DNA from: Gekko japonicus
Lineage: Eukaryota
DNA: 64,000 bases
Direction: 5' to 3'
NCBI RefSeq assembly: GCF_001447785.1
Contig: NW_015163647.1
Span: 198,692 to 262,691 of the forward strand
How positions within the stretch are numbered: position 1 is the stretch's first letter; every line of letters starts with the position of its first letter. Shown here one piece after another: positions 25,278 to 38,200 of this stretch. Under the pieces are notes generated by a model. The model made no database searches and was not told where the DNA came from. It saw nothing but the letters and a program-made list of their open reading frames with translations. The position numbers and the translations under genes are program-made.

Positions 25278-25818
25278 CTGGAGTCCTGTGTCCAGTTTGG
25301 GGCACCACATTTTAGGAAGGACGTTGACAAGCTCGAGCGTGTCCAGAAGAGGGCAACCAGGATGGCGAGAGGGTTGGAGTCCGAGTCTTATGAGGAGAGG
25401 CTGAAAGAGTCGGGTCTGTTTAGCCTGGGAAAGAGAAGGCTTAGAGGGGACATGATTGCAGTCTTCAAGTATCTGAAGGGCTGTCATGTAGAAGATGGAG
25501 CAGATCTATCCTCTCTTGCTCCGGATTGCAAGACTAGGTCTAATGGGTGGAAATTACAAGGGAGTCGATATACTGGCTAAATCTCGGGAGAAACTTCCTG
25601 ACTGTAAGAGTGGTTGAGCAGTGGAACAGGCTGCCTTGGGAGGTGGTGGAGGCTCCTTTGCTGGACGTTTCCAAGCGGAGGCTGGACGACCATCTCTCGG
25701 GGATGTTGTAGGGCCATCTTTCGGCTCTCCTCCTGCAGAGTGCAGGGGGTTGGACTAGATGACCTGCAAGGTCCCTTCCAACTCTGACATTCTACGATTC
25801 TGATTCTGTGATTCTATA
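25278..25818 (+). mobile_element. CR1 LINE 3' fragment with (ATTCTRTG)-like tail
   Basis: LESCVQFGAPHFRKDVDKLERVQKRATRM...KRRLRGDMIAVFKYLKG; ends GGTCCCTTCCAACTC...GATTCTGTGATTC. Confidence 0.9.
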
Positions 25819-26736
25819 ACCACCACCACCCTGGGATTGCAATCCCTACACCACCAAGCAATGTTGCCTCTCAGCTGTGGAGTCCTGTGAGCAAAAATTC
25901 TACTTTGTGAGCTCCTGGCATTGAAGTTGTGAGTGACCGATTTGGCTGCTGCATCAATCAGTTTGCTCTGGAGCCCCATCCCTTCCTGAGCTAAGACAGA
26001 AATGTGTGAGCCGGAGGCTAAAACACTGTGAGCTGGCTCACGCTAACTCCGCTCAGAGGGAACACTGCAGGGAGACCCCGGCTGTTACCCATCTGTGGAG
26101 GGGGAGCTGGAGGAGCAAGGCCTTCCTGGGAGGGCCTGGGAGAGGTGAGGCTTGAGCCTGGACCTCCCCCCCCTCCCCGGCCAGCCCCGGAGCCACTGGG
26201 CACGATGACTGCCTCTTCGGCAGGGCGAGGGGGGGGGAGCAGAAAGCCCCAGCGGGCAGCCAAGGAGGCTCTTTGGCCACAGGTGCCACCGGAGGGCCTC
26301 CCGGGCCGGCTTCTCTCGGGATGTCCTCCTAGGTGTGCCCAGGCAGGTGGGGGCGGCCAGGCCCCCTGACCATTGGGGGGGGCACCCCCTTTTCCTGAGG
26401 GCTCCACCTCCACCCCCCAGGTCTGAGCAGACGGCCCCCGGCCTGGCCTGGCCTGCCTTTGGCCGGCTGCCCTCCCGCCAGTGCAGAGTGTGGCGGGGGG
26501 GGGGGCGCCGGCTGGCCTTTGTCTCTCGCAGCCGCCGGGGCCGTCCTGCCCTCCAGCCCAACAATGCCAGGGGGCTTTCAGAGGCGGCCCAAACTGCTGA
26601 TGGAGGGTTTGCTCTAATCCCGCCGGCTGCCGCCCTTTTCACTCCCGGGCGGGCGCACCCTGGGCAGGGTCTCTGGCCCCGCAGAGCGGCTCTCCCACCC
26701 GGCCAGGAAGCAGAAGCCCCCAGCGCCAGAGAGAGG

Positions 26737-26794
26737 ATGTGCGACTGCTTCGCCAGGCTGTTTGGGGTCTCCTGGTCCCCAGCCGCCCACGCTG
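26737..26794 (+). CDS. PRX: Predicted alternative first coding exon of periaxin (MCDCFARLFGVSWSPAAHA)
   Basis: ATG with A at -3, strong phase-1 donor G|gtaagg; peptide resembles the AHNAK2 N-terminus MCDCFHMVLPTW; phase-compatible with downstream exons. Confidence 0.7.
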
Positions 26795-29700
26795 GTAAGG
26801 GGGGACCGGGGAGGAGGGAGGGAGGGGGCCCCCCAGGACTCGGCTCGGCAGTAGGCCTGGGGGGGGGCTGCAGTTGACCCCTGAAAAGACACAGACGGCT
26901 GCAGGGTATGCCCACCGGCTGTGGGCCCAAGAGGGGGACCTGCCCCTAGGTGGGCCTTGTGGCTTCCTTGGCAGGTGCCCGAGGGCAAGGGGTGTGGGCA
27001 GGAGGCTGCAGCTGCTCTACAAGTGACTGCCCGGGGCAGGGGGGATGGATCCTGAGGGAGGGGCCAGGGCTGTGCTATGGGGAGCCAGCGTGGTCTCCTG
27101 GTCAAGGGCAGAGGCCTCTAATCACGGAACCATAGAGTTGGTGGGAGCCCTCCAGGGTCATCTAGTCCAGCCTCCTGCACAAGGCAGGGCATTCACAAAT
27201 ACCCCCCCTCCCCAAGCCCCCAGTGATCCCTGTTCCACGCCCAGAAGGTGCCAAAAACCCTCCAGGATCCCTGGCAAAAACTGTCTTGGAGAACTGACCC
27301 CAAAGCGGGGATCAGCATTTCCCTGGGAGCTTAAGAAAGGGCCACGAGGAGAACTAAGCAGCCCCGAGACAACCCCTTCCTGCCCTCCCTCTCACGGTCT
27401 GCCCAAGTTCACCGGATCAGCAGAAACCGGGAGAACCGGGTTCGACTCAAAAACTCCTCCACCTGAAGCCTGCCCGGTGGCCTTGGGCCCGTCACGGTCC
27501 TCTTTCCCCGCCTGCCTGACAAGGGGCCTGCTGTGGGGAGAGGCAGGGAAGGCCGCCTTGAGGTAGAGATCAGCGGGGCATAACCCACCCCCCCATCTCT
27601 CCTCCGCCTGCTCTGGGGGTGGGGAATCCAGCCTTACCCAGACGCTCAGGCAGAAGCCCCGCCTCGGGTGGGCGGGTGGTTGGACTGGCTGCGCCCCCCC
27701 ACCCCACTTCCTCTAAGTCCTCGCCGCCAGCCCCTCCCCCCGCGCCTGGCTCGCTCAGCCCCTTTGGGCGGGGGGNNNNNNNNNNNNNNNNNNNNNNNNN
27801 NNNNNNNNNNNNNNNNNNNNNNNNNNNNNNNNNNNNNNNNNNNNNNNNNNNNNNNNNNNNNNNNNNNNNNNNNNNNNNNNNNNNNNNNNNNNNNNNNNNN
27901 NNNNNNNNNNNNNNNNNNNNNNNNNNNNNNNNNNNNNNNNNNNNNNNNNNNNNNNNNNNNNNNNNNNNNNNNNNNNNNNNNNNNNNNNNNNNNNNNNNNN
28001 NNNNNNNNNNNNNNNNNNNNNNNNNNNNNNNNNNNNNNNNNNNNNNNNNNNNNNNNNNNNNNNNNNNNNNNNNNNNNNNNNNNNNNNNNNNNNNNNNNNN
28101 NNNNNNGGGGGGGCAGGCAGTGCGCCTCCCATCGCGTCCCCCCGGGGCGAGTTGTTCGGGCCGCAGGAAAGGCGGAGGGGGGGGGGAGAGAGGGAGACCC
28201 TGCCGTCCGTCCGTCTCCAGCCACCCACTTTCCTTCCCCGCCCCTGGGGTAACACCTGCGGGCCGGGGGAGCCACCCCCACAACTGGCCGCCTTTCGCTG
28301 GGGTGGCCACTGGCACTGTTCCCTCTCAGCGGAGAGCGTGTGAGCCAACTCACAGCTCTTGAGCCTCCGGCTCACACAGGTCCTGTCTGTCTCCGCTCAG
28401 GGAGGAGGGGGCTCCACCAGGGCAAACCAATTGGTGCCGGAGCCAACGCGCTCGCTCGCTCGCGACTCCCATGCCGGCAGCTCACACGGTAGAAGTTTTG
28501 CTCACGGGACTCCTCCACTGCCTAGAGGGAGCCTGGGTGGCCAGCCGGGGGGGGGGGGGGGGGGGGGGGGGGCGTGCGTGAGTGTCCGAGGAGGACGCGA
28601 GCCACCCGTGCGGCGGTAGGGGTGGGAGTGGGGGCATCAGAAGGGCGAGGCTGGGCATCCCGGATGGCTGAGGGGGGGCATCATCCCAGCATATGCTGCC
28701 CCGTGAGGGAGCAGACCTGGGGGGGGGGGGCGCTGCCAGCCCTTCACCTTTCTCGACCGGTGGGTGAGAAACTCCCGGAGGCCTCCCTCTGGTGCCAAGC
28801 CGGGGTCCGGCAGTTACTTTGCCAGGGGTCACAGCCCGGGCGGATCCTGCACCACCCTCTCCCCGTGGGGGGCAGAACCCGGCGGCTTCCGGAGCTGTGC
28901 ATTCCAGGGTGCAAGGCTGGCTCTCTTGGGGGCGCTGGGAGCCCTCTCGCTCGGCCTGGGGTGCGGGTGCCTGTTCTGGGCGGCGTCCTCATTCGCAGGC
29001 TTCGCAGGTGCCAAAGTTTCCATCAAAGCTCTGAGACATCCCTCGAAGATCCTATTGTGTTGTGCCTTTCAATTCCACCTGGTGGAGCATGAAAACAAGA
29101 CAGAGATAGAAGGTATAAAAGAATACCTCCAGGGAGGGAAGGTGTGGTATCCAAGGCTCCCTCTAAGCTGTGGAGTCCTGTGAGCAATAATTCTGCTTTG
29201 TGAGCCACTCTGGCATGAAAGCTGTGAGCCAGCGATTGGGCTGCTGCATCAATTAGTTTGCTCTGGAGCCCTCCTTCCTGAGCTAAGGTGTGAGACAGAG
29301 GCTAAGAAACTGTGAGCTAGCTCACACTCACTCAGCTTAGAGGGAGCACTGGTGGTATTCCACCCTGGGGGGGGGGAGGCTGGCAGTGCATTCTGGAGTG
29401 TTGCCAGCTCACCGAGGTGAGGGTCTTGGCAGAAGGGCCCAACAGGAGGGGACGGGTTGGGGTGCAGGGAATCCGTGTGCCCCCACCGCCGACCCTTCCC
29501 GCAGAGCGGGGATGCCATGTCACATGGTTGAACTGGATAATGCCCAGCAAGGCTCCCCTTAAGCTGTGGGGTCCTGTGAGCAAAAAATCTACTTTGTGAG
29601 CTACTACTGGCATTCAAGTTGTGAGTGAGCGACTGGGCTGCTGCATAAATTGGTTTGCTCTGGAGCCCTCCTTCCTGAGCTAGGACAAAAAGGTGTGAGC

Positions 29701-30678
29701 CGGAGGCTAAAAACGGTGAGCCAGCTCACATTGACTCAGCTTAGAGGGAGCCGTGAATGGGAGCCCCCACCGGGGGGGGGGCTTATGTGTTCCTTTTATT
29801 TAATTGAAACCTTCCTGTGCTGCCTTCCCACCCAGTTCAAGGTCCCCGCGGTGGCACATGTTTCAGCGCATCTCAGATACGTACACATATTTCAAACGGT
29901 TCAATCAAACATTATGAACAGGGAGGGGGGCTAGAAAGAGTTAGGGAGGGAGCGCCGGCCGAAACAAAAAAGGAGTCTTCGCCCGCTGGCGGAAGAATGG
30001 TCTCCCTGGGGAGGGAGTGCCAGAATTTTGGCACCTCGACCGGTGTTCCCTCTAAACTGAGTCAGTGCGAGCCAGCTCACAGATTTTTAGCCTCTGGCTC
30101 ACACATTTTTTTTGTCCTAGCTCAGGAAGTACGGCTCTGAGGCAAACTGATTTATGCAGGAGCGCAATCGCTCGCTCCCAACTTTAATGCCAGTAGCTCA
30201 CAAATTAGAATTCTTGCTCACCAGACTCCGCAGCTTAGTGGGAGCCTTGACCCCGACCCGACGGAGAAAGGCTTTTCTCGAGTTGCCACCCATCTAGCCT
30301 CAGATTGGGGGGGGGGCCAGCACCTGAAGCAGATGACTAGAGAGGTGGCGGACAGACTCATCCGTGACTCGGTGGCCCTTCGGTTGGCTGGATAGGCCCC
30401 TGGGGAAGTTCCAGGCAAGGCCCGAAGGAGGGAGCGCTTGGATTCTGCTGCCTACGCCTGTTGGGTGGGGTGGCTCTTTAGAGGGGGGGCTCCTGTGCTG
30501 TGCTCCGTCAGCCCCGCTTCTGCTGCGGGTGGGTGGGTGCACGGCTTCTTCCCCAAGGGACCCCAAGCTACAGAGCCATATTTCCAAATTAAACCGTCGA
30601 GTCGAACACCAGAGACAAAGAAGGTCCTGCTGCACACGCCCAAGGAGGGCCCCGCACCGCCGGGCTGGTGGTCCCAGG

Positions 30679-30887
30679 TAGTGTTCCCTCCAAGCTGAGT
30701 CAGTGTGAGCCAGCTCACAGCTTTTTAGCCTCCGGCTCACGCATTTTTGTGTTGGCTCAGGGAGGGTGGCTCCAGAGCAAACTGATTTATGAAGGAGCCA
30801 AATTGCTCGTTCACAACTTTACTGCCAGGAGCAGCTCACGGACTAGAATTTTTGCTCACGAGACTCCACAGTTTAGAGGGAGCCCTG
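30679..30887 (+). mobile_element. ~205-bp hAT-type MITE (representative of about 26 loci in the window)
   Basis: TIRs (C/T)AGTGTTCCCTCTAAGCTG...CAGCTTAGAGGGA(A/G)CA(C/T)TG; perfect 8-bp TSD GTCCCAGG. Other copies near 5655, 10182, 11762, 13035, 21917, 22815, 25859, 28314, 29152, 29548, 30040, 31224, 33636, 38826, 39489, 39601, 40265, 41533, 48752, 49145, 49956, 50166, 59382, 61746, 62654. Confidence 0.85.
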
Positions 30888-31977
30888 GTCCCAGGCCCCT
30901 GCCCAAGAGCCCCGTGGCTCACACCTCTGGCCCCCGCGGCCAAGGGTTCTAGAGCTCCCGGCTGCTGGTGAACAGGGCAGGCGCAGAGCCTCCACCGGCC
31001 GAGCACGGGGCCTCCTCAGCATGCTCTCTTGGTGAGCTTCAAAAGGGCGAAGGCAATCTGGGCCAGATTTCCTGGGGCAGGAACTGCTGTCCTCTTTCCC
31101 GCTCCCATTCCCAAATTGCCTCTTGCAGAAATTGGCAGGGAGATGGGAAGGAGCTGCCCCGTCTCTCTGCAGAACTCTTGTGAAGCCCCTTCAGCCTGGG
31201 AATTCTGCTGCCCTCCACGGTCACAAGGCTCCCTCTCAGCTGTGGAGTCTTGTGAGCAAAAATTCTGCTTTGTGAGCTCCTGGCATTGAAGTTGTGAGTG
31301 AGCTATTTGGCTGCTGCATTAATTAGTTTGCTCTGGAGCCATCCCTTCCTGAGCGAAGACAAAAAATGTGTGAGCCAGAGCCTAAAAAACTGTGCGCTAC
31401 CTCACACTAACTCAGCTTAGAGGGAACACTGCCTGGAACAAAGTTCGCGTCCGGTGGCACCTTAAAGACCAAGAAAGCAGCCCCCAGGGCACGGCTTGAA
31501 CCTCCGTGTGGCGCCAGGAGTCCCTTGTGGGTGTGCGGGCTTTTGGAGAAGGGCTTTGCAAAAGGCACAGGAGGGCCTTGTGGCCGGTGGGCGGGGCCTG
31601 CTGGGATTGAGCAGCCTCAGTTTCTACTGCACAGCTTCTGGGCCAAGAGGGGGCTGGATCGTGCTCGCTGGCTGGGCCGAGTCCCCTGTGCTCTTGTGCC
31701 GTCTGCTCCCCGGCAGTGCCCTGCTGCGTCCTGGGTGGAAGGAATCCCGGCTCATTCCCTCTGCCAGAAGAAAGGTGGCCTGAACTCCTAATGCCCCCAC
31801 TCCTCAGAGAAGCCTTGGAGCCCCCCCAGTCCCTTCCCTCACCACAACCCCCTGTGCCGTCTTCTGCCTCTGGCACTCTCCCCCACTGCTGCCGCCGCCA
31901 CCACCACCAGTGGGTCAGAAATCAGCCTCCAAGTGCTGAGGAGCGGGTTGGGCAGCCTGGAGCCACCCTGGGAGGGA

Positions 31978-32260
31978 GTTCCAGTTTGGTGTAGTGGTTA
32001 AGTGCGCGGACTCTGATCTGGGAGAACCGGGTTTGATTCCCCACTCCTCCACTTGCACCTGCTGATGTGACCTTGGGTCAGTCACAAGCTCCGGCACAGC
32101 TGTCCTTGAAAAAGAGCAGTCCTCAGTCAGAGTTCTCTCAGCCCCACCCACCTCACAGGGTGTCTGTTGTGGGAAGGGGGAGGGAAAGGAGTTTGTCAGC
32201 CGCTCTGAGACACCTTTTGGTAGTGAAGGGCGGGGGGTATAAATCCAATCTCTTCTTCTT
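31978..32260 (+). mobile_element. tRNA-derived CORE-type SINE with (TCT)n tail (representative of about 18 copies)
   Basis: Head TTTGGTGTAGTGGTTAAG...GGTTTGATTCCC, MIR-like core CCTCACAGGGTGTCTGTTGTG. Other copies near 2341, 5842, 8903, 12200, 13845, 15924, 17820, 18760, 19555, 21340, 23863, 32580, 34758, 40615, 45835, 46295, 46620. Confidence 0.8.
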
Positions 32261-35200
32261 ACTGTTTATTTAGGTATTTATTTAATTCATTCAATCCTAC
32301 CGCACCTTTCTCCCCAGCGGGCACCCAAAGCAGCTGGCATTGTCCTCCTCCATTTTTATCCTCACAACAACCCTGAGAGGTAGGTTGGGCTGAGAGAGTG
32401 TGTGTGACTGGATCCGGGTCACTCAGTGACCTTCCGTGGCATTAGTCAGGACTCGAACCTGGTTCTCCCAGATACGAATATCAAGTCCAGAGAATCCAGC
32501 ATTAACCACAACACCACCCTGGCTTTCTGAGCTGGGAGGGGGAGTCTGTACAAGCTCCTTACATGGCCTTGCAAGCGTAGAAGAAGAAGAGGAAGAAGAA
32601 GAGACTGGATTCATAGCCCGCCCTTCACTGAGAGTCTCAGAGCAGCTTACAAACTCCTTCCCCTCCCCACAACAGGCACCCTGTAAGGGAGGCAAGGCTG
32701 AGAGAGCTCTTAACAGATATTGCTCTTGAGAGAACAGCTGTGCCAGAACTGTGGCTTGCCCAAGGTCACCCAGCAGCTGCAAGTGGAGGAGGAGTGGGGA
32801 ATCAAACCCGGTTCTCCCAGATTAGAGTCCACGCACTTAGCCACTACCCCAGACTGTAGTGTAGAGTAAGGTGGAGGTCTCCTGCTCTCTGCCCCTCCCT
32901 GGTTCGCGTTCTCCAGGCCGGGCCTTGGACCGGGCTCTGGGGCTGCCGTTCCAGCCAGTGTGTCCTTCAGCCCCAGAGGGGCAGCCTCCCAGGCGGTGAC
33001 AAAATGGCCAACGTCTTGCTGTGGAGCTTCCGTGCTGGGAACTCCCTTTGCATTCAAGAGGATGTTCAGTTTCTCTCTCCCTCCCCCCCCCACCGCCCCC
33101 GTCCTAGCAGGAAAGAAGCGGATGGCTGTTTTCCTTTTCCGCATTGTTGGCTGCAGCCCATCCTCCTAGCCAGGCTGAGCCGCAAGGATGGGGGTGGGGG
33201 AGGGGCCGGGAAAGTCCTCTTGCAGGCAGGGCCCTTCTGCACCGAGCCAAGGCTGGGCCGTCCCCCTCCCCCCCCCCGTGCGGGATGCGGCCTGGCGGTC
33301 GGAGCAAGCAGGCCGGGGCACCTTCAGTCACTCCAGGGCTGATCCCAGTCTGGGTGGAGGAAACCTCTCTTTTCTGGCCCAAACTGGCTTAGGCGCCGCC
33401 GTGGCAGGCCCTCTGGGCCGAATCTCCCACTGGATCCCAAGAATGGGGAGGGGGGCTTTTCCACTCTGGTGCCAGGGGTGGGTGGGCCTGCTTTGGATCC
33501 TCAGGGGCGCTGCTGGGTGCAGAGCCAGGCCACAGGAGTCTCTCCCCGTCTGTGGCTCCAGCGGAGCGCCTACAAGGGCCGCCCAGCAATGCACACAAAC
33601 ACTGGGAGGGGGGCCAAAGCGGGTGGGGGTGGCATCTAGTGTTCCCTCTAAGCTGAGTGAGTGCGAGCCAGCTCACTGTTTTTTAGCCTCCGGCTCACAC
33701 GTTTTTGCCTTAGCTCAGGGAGGACGGCTCCAGAGCAGACTACTTTATGCGGTAGCCAAATCACTGGCTCACAACTTTACTGCCAGGAGCTCACAAAGAG
33801 AGAATTTTTTGCTCACAGGACTCCACAGCGTAGAGGGAGCTTTGGTGGCGTCCCTTGTTATGAATCTTTCAGTTTAGCTGGGATTACACTTCCCCGTGGA
33901 GCCAAGCTGAGGATTGGAAAGAGGAATATAGGGGACAGTGCAGGAGGGAGAGGGGTCAGCACAGACCGAAAGCTGGAGAGAGAGGGGGGGGGGGCTCAAT
34001 TTTAACTGCNNNNNNNNNNNGTGTGCTTCTATAGAGGTTCGGACAGTGGGGGGACTTTGAGATGAGCTATGGATCGTGTCCACAGATTTATTTATTTATT
34101 TATATTTATTTATTAGTTACATTTGTGTCAAAAGCAAGCATGCAATTAAAGTGCTCGCAGTAACAGTCATTCCTTCATTACGTTAAGGTGGCGTGCTTTA
34201 GATGTAACACCAGAGTTCCCGACTCAGCGATCTTCCTGTTTCCCACGACAATGTGGCTCAATCTCCAAACTGGGCCGGCCCTTTACCACAGATGTTAATA
34301 ACAGTGGTAGTTGGTGGTAGTAGTGGGCGGCTCCTGGTTGAAGGTCTGGCGGAAGAGCTCCGTCTTGCAGGCCCTGTGGAACTGTAAAAGGTCCTGCAGG
34401 GCCCTGATCTCCTCCGGGAGCTCATTCCACCAGTGAGGAGCCACCACTGAGAAGGCCCTGGCCCTAGTCACGGCGAGCCTGGCATCCTTAGGGCCTGATT
34501 AGTCGATGTTGTGACCCTGACCGTAGTGCTCTCTGGGGTATGTGTGGGGAAAGGTGGTCCCTCAGGTATGTCGGACCCTGGCCACATAGGGCTTTTAAGG
34601 TAAGTACCAGCACCTTGAAGCAAATTCGGAAGGGAGAGAAGACTCTGCCGGAGAATGGCGTGGCTGGGCCGTGGCTTCTTTAGGCCCCTTCCCACACGGG
34701 CCTGCCAAGCAGGTAACCTGAGAAGCTGCATATTGGACCTTGTGTCCAAAGATGTGCTGAGAGCCAGTTTGGTGTCGTGGTTAGGAGCGCACGGACTCTA
34801 ATCTGGGAGAACCAGGTTTGATTCCCCACTACTCCTCCACTTGCACCTGGCTGGATGACCTTGGGCAAGCTGTAGTTCTGATATGCGCTGTCCTTAAAAA
34901 AGAGCCATTTCTGTCAAGACCTCTCTCAGCGCTGCCTACCTCACAGGGGGTGTCTGCTGTGGGGAGGGGGAGGGAAAGGAGTTTGTAAGCGGCTCTGAGA
35001 CACCTTTGGGTAGTGAAGGCCAGGGTATGAATCCAATCTCCTCCTCCCCCTCCCCCTCCTCCTCCACCTTTGGGTAGTGAAGGGTGGAGTATAAATCCAA
35101 TCTCCTCCTCCTCTTCTTCCTCCTCCTCTTCTCCTCCTCCTCCTCCTCTTCTCCTCCTCTCCTCCTCCTCCTCCTCCTCCTCCTTCTTCTTCTCAGGGCA

Positions 35201-38200
35201 GCCCTGCACTTCAGTCCTGAACAGCCACAGTTGCCCCCACAAGGTCTTAGATGCGGCACATTTACGCGGGTGCTGGGCAGAGCAACTGCTAGCCCCCAGG
35301 CGGCGGGGGAGGGGGGCTGGCTGTTTTGAGGAGGGGGGGCTCTGTTAAAATGGCCCCAAGATGTATTTGCTGGTTAGCGGCCCTAAACCCGTCTTCCTTC
35401 CTGGCCCCGCCCGCCCGCCATGAGGAACAGCCCCGAACGCCAGAGGTGCGTTGGGCCCAGGGTCCAGGGGCACAGCTTTGATACGGCCAGCATTTCATGG
35501 GCTCAGCCCCCCCCCCGCTACAATGCCTGGGATTTTCCAGGGTCTGACGGTGCCAAAAACCTTGAGAACGGCAGTGAGGCTCGGCAAATCTTTGCCACTG
35601 CTGTTTTTGAAAGGTTTTGCCAAGATGGCTGCAAGGGGCATCTGGTCACACCCAGGAAGGATGTGTCTGGACTGGCGACAGAGAGGCGGCCCAGGCTCCA
35701 ACGCCGGGTCAGAGACAGGATGCTGGGGGGGGGAGCTGAAGGCAAGCGGCCCCCTGCCAAGTACAGGAAGGTACAGATGGCCCCAGAACAAGTCACCATT
35801 CCAGGGCAGATGGGAAGACGACCTGGTCCCAAGTTGAACTCCTTCCCCAGAGAGAGTCATCTGTCTCTCCTGTTTATTTATGTTACTTATTAGTGTTTTC
35901 CGCCTGAAGACTTTTTGGTTTCATTACGGCATACCCTCAATAATTATTATTGGCCCTCCTCCCTGGTTCTGGTGGTGGTTTGTGTGTTTTTGTTTTATCA
36001 TCTTCTAATAGCAAAGTCGGCTCATCTTTGGATACTCAAGTCCGGTGACTGGAGTTGTAAAGGGGCAAGACAGATCTTCCCCCAAATCTGAAAAGGGCCC
36101 TACGTTTGGGGGGGGGGGGGGCGGGGGCGGAGTGAAATCCAAAAAAACACATTGGTTTAAAAAACACAGAAATGATAAAAGGAGCGCCTGTCGCTTTAAG
36201 CAACAGACTCCCTCAGTGGGTGTTGCTAGGCAACCACAGCATTCCAGGCTTCAGTTTCTGTGAGTAAAAAGGCCGGAGGAGGGGGCGGGGCCCTTCCCAG
36301 GCCTATTTTGGCCTCTGAGGGAAGACTCAGTGGGGCCAGGCCAGAGGGGGGTTGCCAGCTCCAGGTTGGGAAATTCCTGGAGATTTTGTGGTGGAGTCTG
36401 AGGAGGGCAGGGCTTGGGGAGGGGAGAGGCCTCACCCTCCAGAGCAGTCATTTTCTCCAGGGGGGACAGATGTCTGTCATCTGGAGTTCGGTGGTCATTC
36501 TGAAGCCCTGCGCCTGGCAGCAACCTTTGACTGGCTTGATACCAGCCGACTTGCATGACTGGACTAGGCCTGGCTGCTTACTACTCTTCCAACAGCAGCC
36601 ACCCTATGGAAGCCCGGATGGTCCAGTGGTTAGAGCTCCAGAGTAGGGTCTGGAAGACCCAGGTTCGAATCCCCAGCTCACTAGGTGATTTGGGGCCAGT
36701 CGCATACTTTCAACCTAGCCTACCTCACAGGGTTGTTCTGAGGAGAGGAAACTGCGTAGGGGGAGGGATGCAGAGGAAAGTAAGGTGCCCCCCCCCACAA
36801 GTCTTTGAGGGTTGGTTCTGGCCAAGTGGCTAGTACTGCACAACTGAGCCACCGTTTTCCTAGGCAGAGGCTGCTGGGGGGAGAGGGGCAGATAAATATA
36901 GGCTGGCTGTTGGGTGGGAAGGGGAGAAGGAATCAGAAAATGGGGAGAGGCTGTGGGGGCTCTCAGGAAAGGGAGCAAGGAACCAGTGGGGGAGGGCGAG
37001 ATGAGGTGCCCCCCCCCGCAACTCCTCGCAGGTCCCCACTTGTCAGTTCATAATTTCAAATGTTTTTAGTTGTTCAAATGTTTCTTCTGTGCACTGCCTT
37101 GGGGGGGCCTGATTGGTTGGAAAGGCCGCACGAAAGCATTTTTAAATGAGTGATAAAGGGGCCGTTTCCTCCCTTCCTGGCCCCACCCACTGGCAGAACT
37201 GGGGCCCCCTCTGTTGGGTGGCTTTGAGATGTGCTGTGGAACAGGCAAGAGTGCCCCTGGGCACGTGCAGAGCGTGCCTTCACCCTCCTTGGGTGAATGA
37301 ACTCGCAGATTCAGTGCCCTGAATGGTCACAGGTCACACCATCAATCAGTCAAGGTGCACCCCACACACACAACTTGCAAAGGATTTCATAATCCCATCG
37401 CAGGGACACAACAAAGGCAGGCAAGAAATGGCAGGGAGTGAAGGACAAACAATACCGGGGTGTGTGGGAGGGGGGGCTATCCAATCTTTGAGCCCCCTCC
37501 CCACTCGCCCCTGTGTGTGCCCTGTCTGGTCTGTTGAGGGCTGCTCCTTGGCCAACTCTAGCGGGCCTCTCTCCCGGCCCCCGCCAATTCTTGCACTGCT
37601 TCAATTGCTTTTTACCCCCCCCCTCCCCGTTTCTTCCTGAAATGTGTGGAACAACAGTGGAAGGAAATGAGCCTGAAAAGGTTCCCTCTGTTCTAGGTAT
37701 TGGGGGTGGGGGGAGGCTGGGCCATTTCCTTCCCTTCCCCGTATATGTGTAGGGTGGGTGCCTCATCCTTGGGTGGGGCCCGCGTCTTGGTCTTTCCTTT
37801 GGCTTCCAGCCGACTGGCGTTTGGACTGCCCCCCCCCCGCCCCACATCCTGGGACTTGCCTGCCAGCTCCCAGCTCGGTTTTTCAGTGGCTGGGCTTGGT
37901 CTGGCCTCGTGAAAGGGTGGTGCCAATGAAGGCAGCGTCAGGCGGGGGAAGTGCCTGTTCTCCGCAGCCGGGGTCCGCACTGCCGGCTTGGCTGGTTCAT
38001 GCGACAAAAATGCTCAGTGCGTGGAGCCCGTGTGTGGAGGATGCACCACTCGCTGCAGGCAGGACGTCCTTTCCCCACTCTCTGTGGAAGGCCTGTCCCT
38101 CTCTGGCACGTATGTGGTCGCCCAGAGATCAATCGATTCCTCGGGTACGTTTTTTTAAAAACCCTGCCGTCCTTTTGAGGCGCTCGGAGCCACCTGCGTT

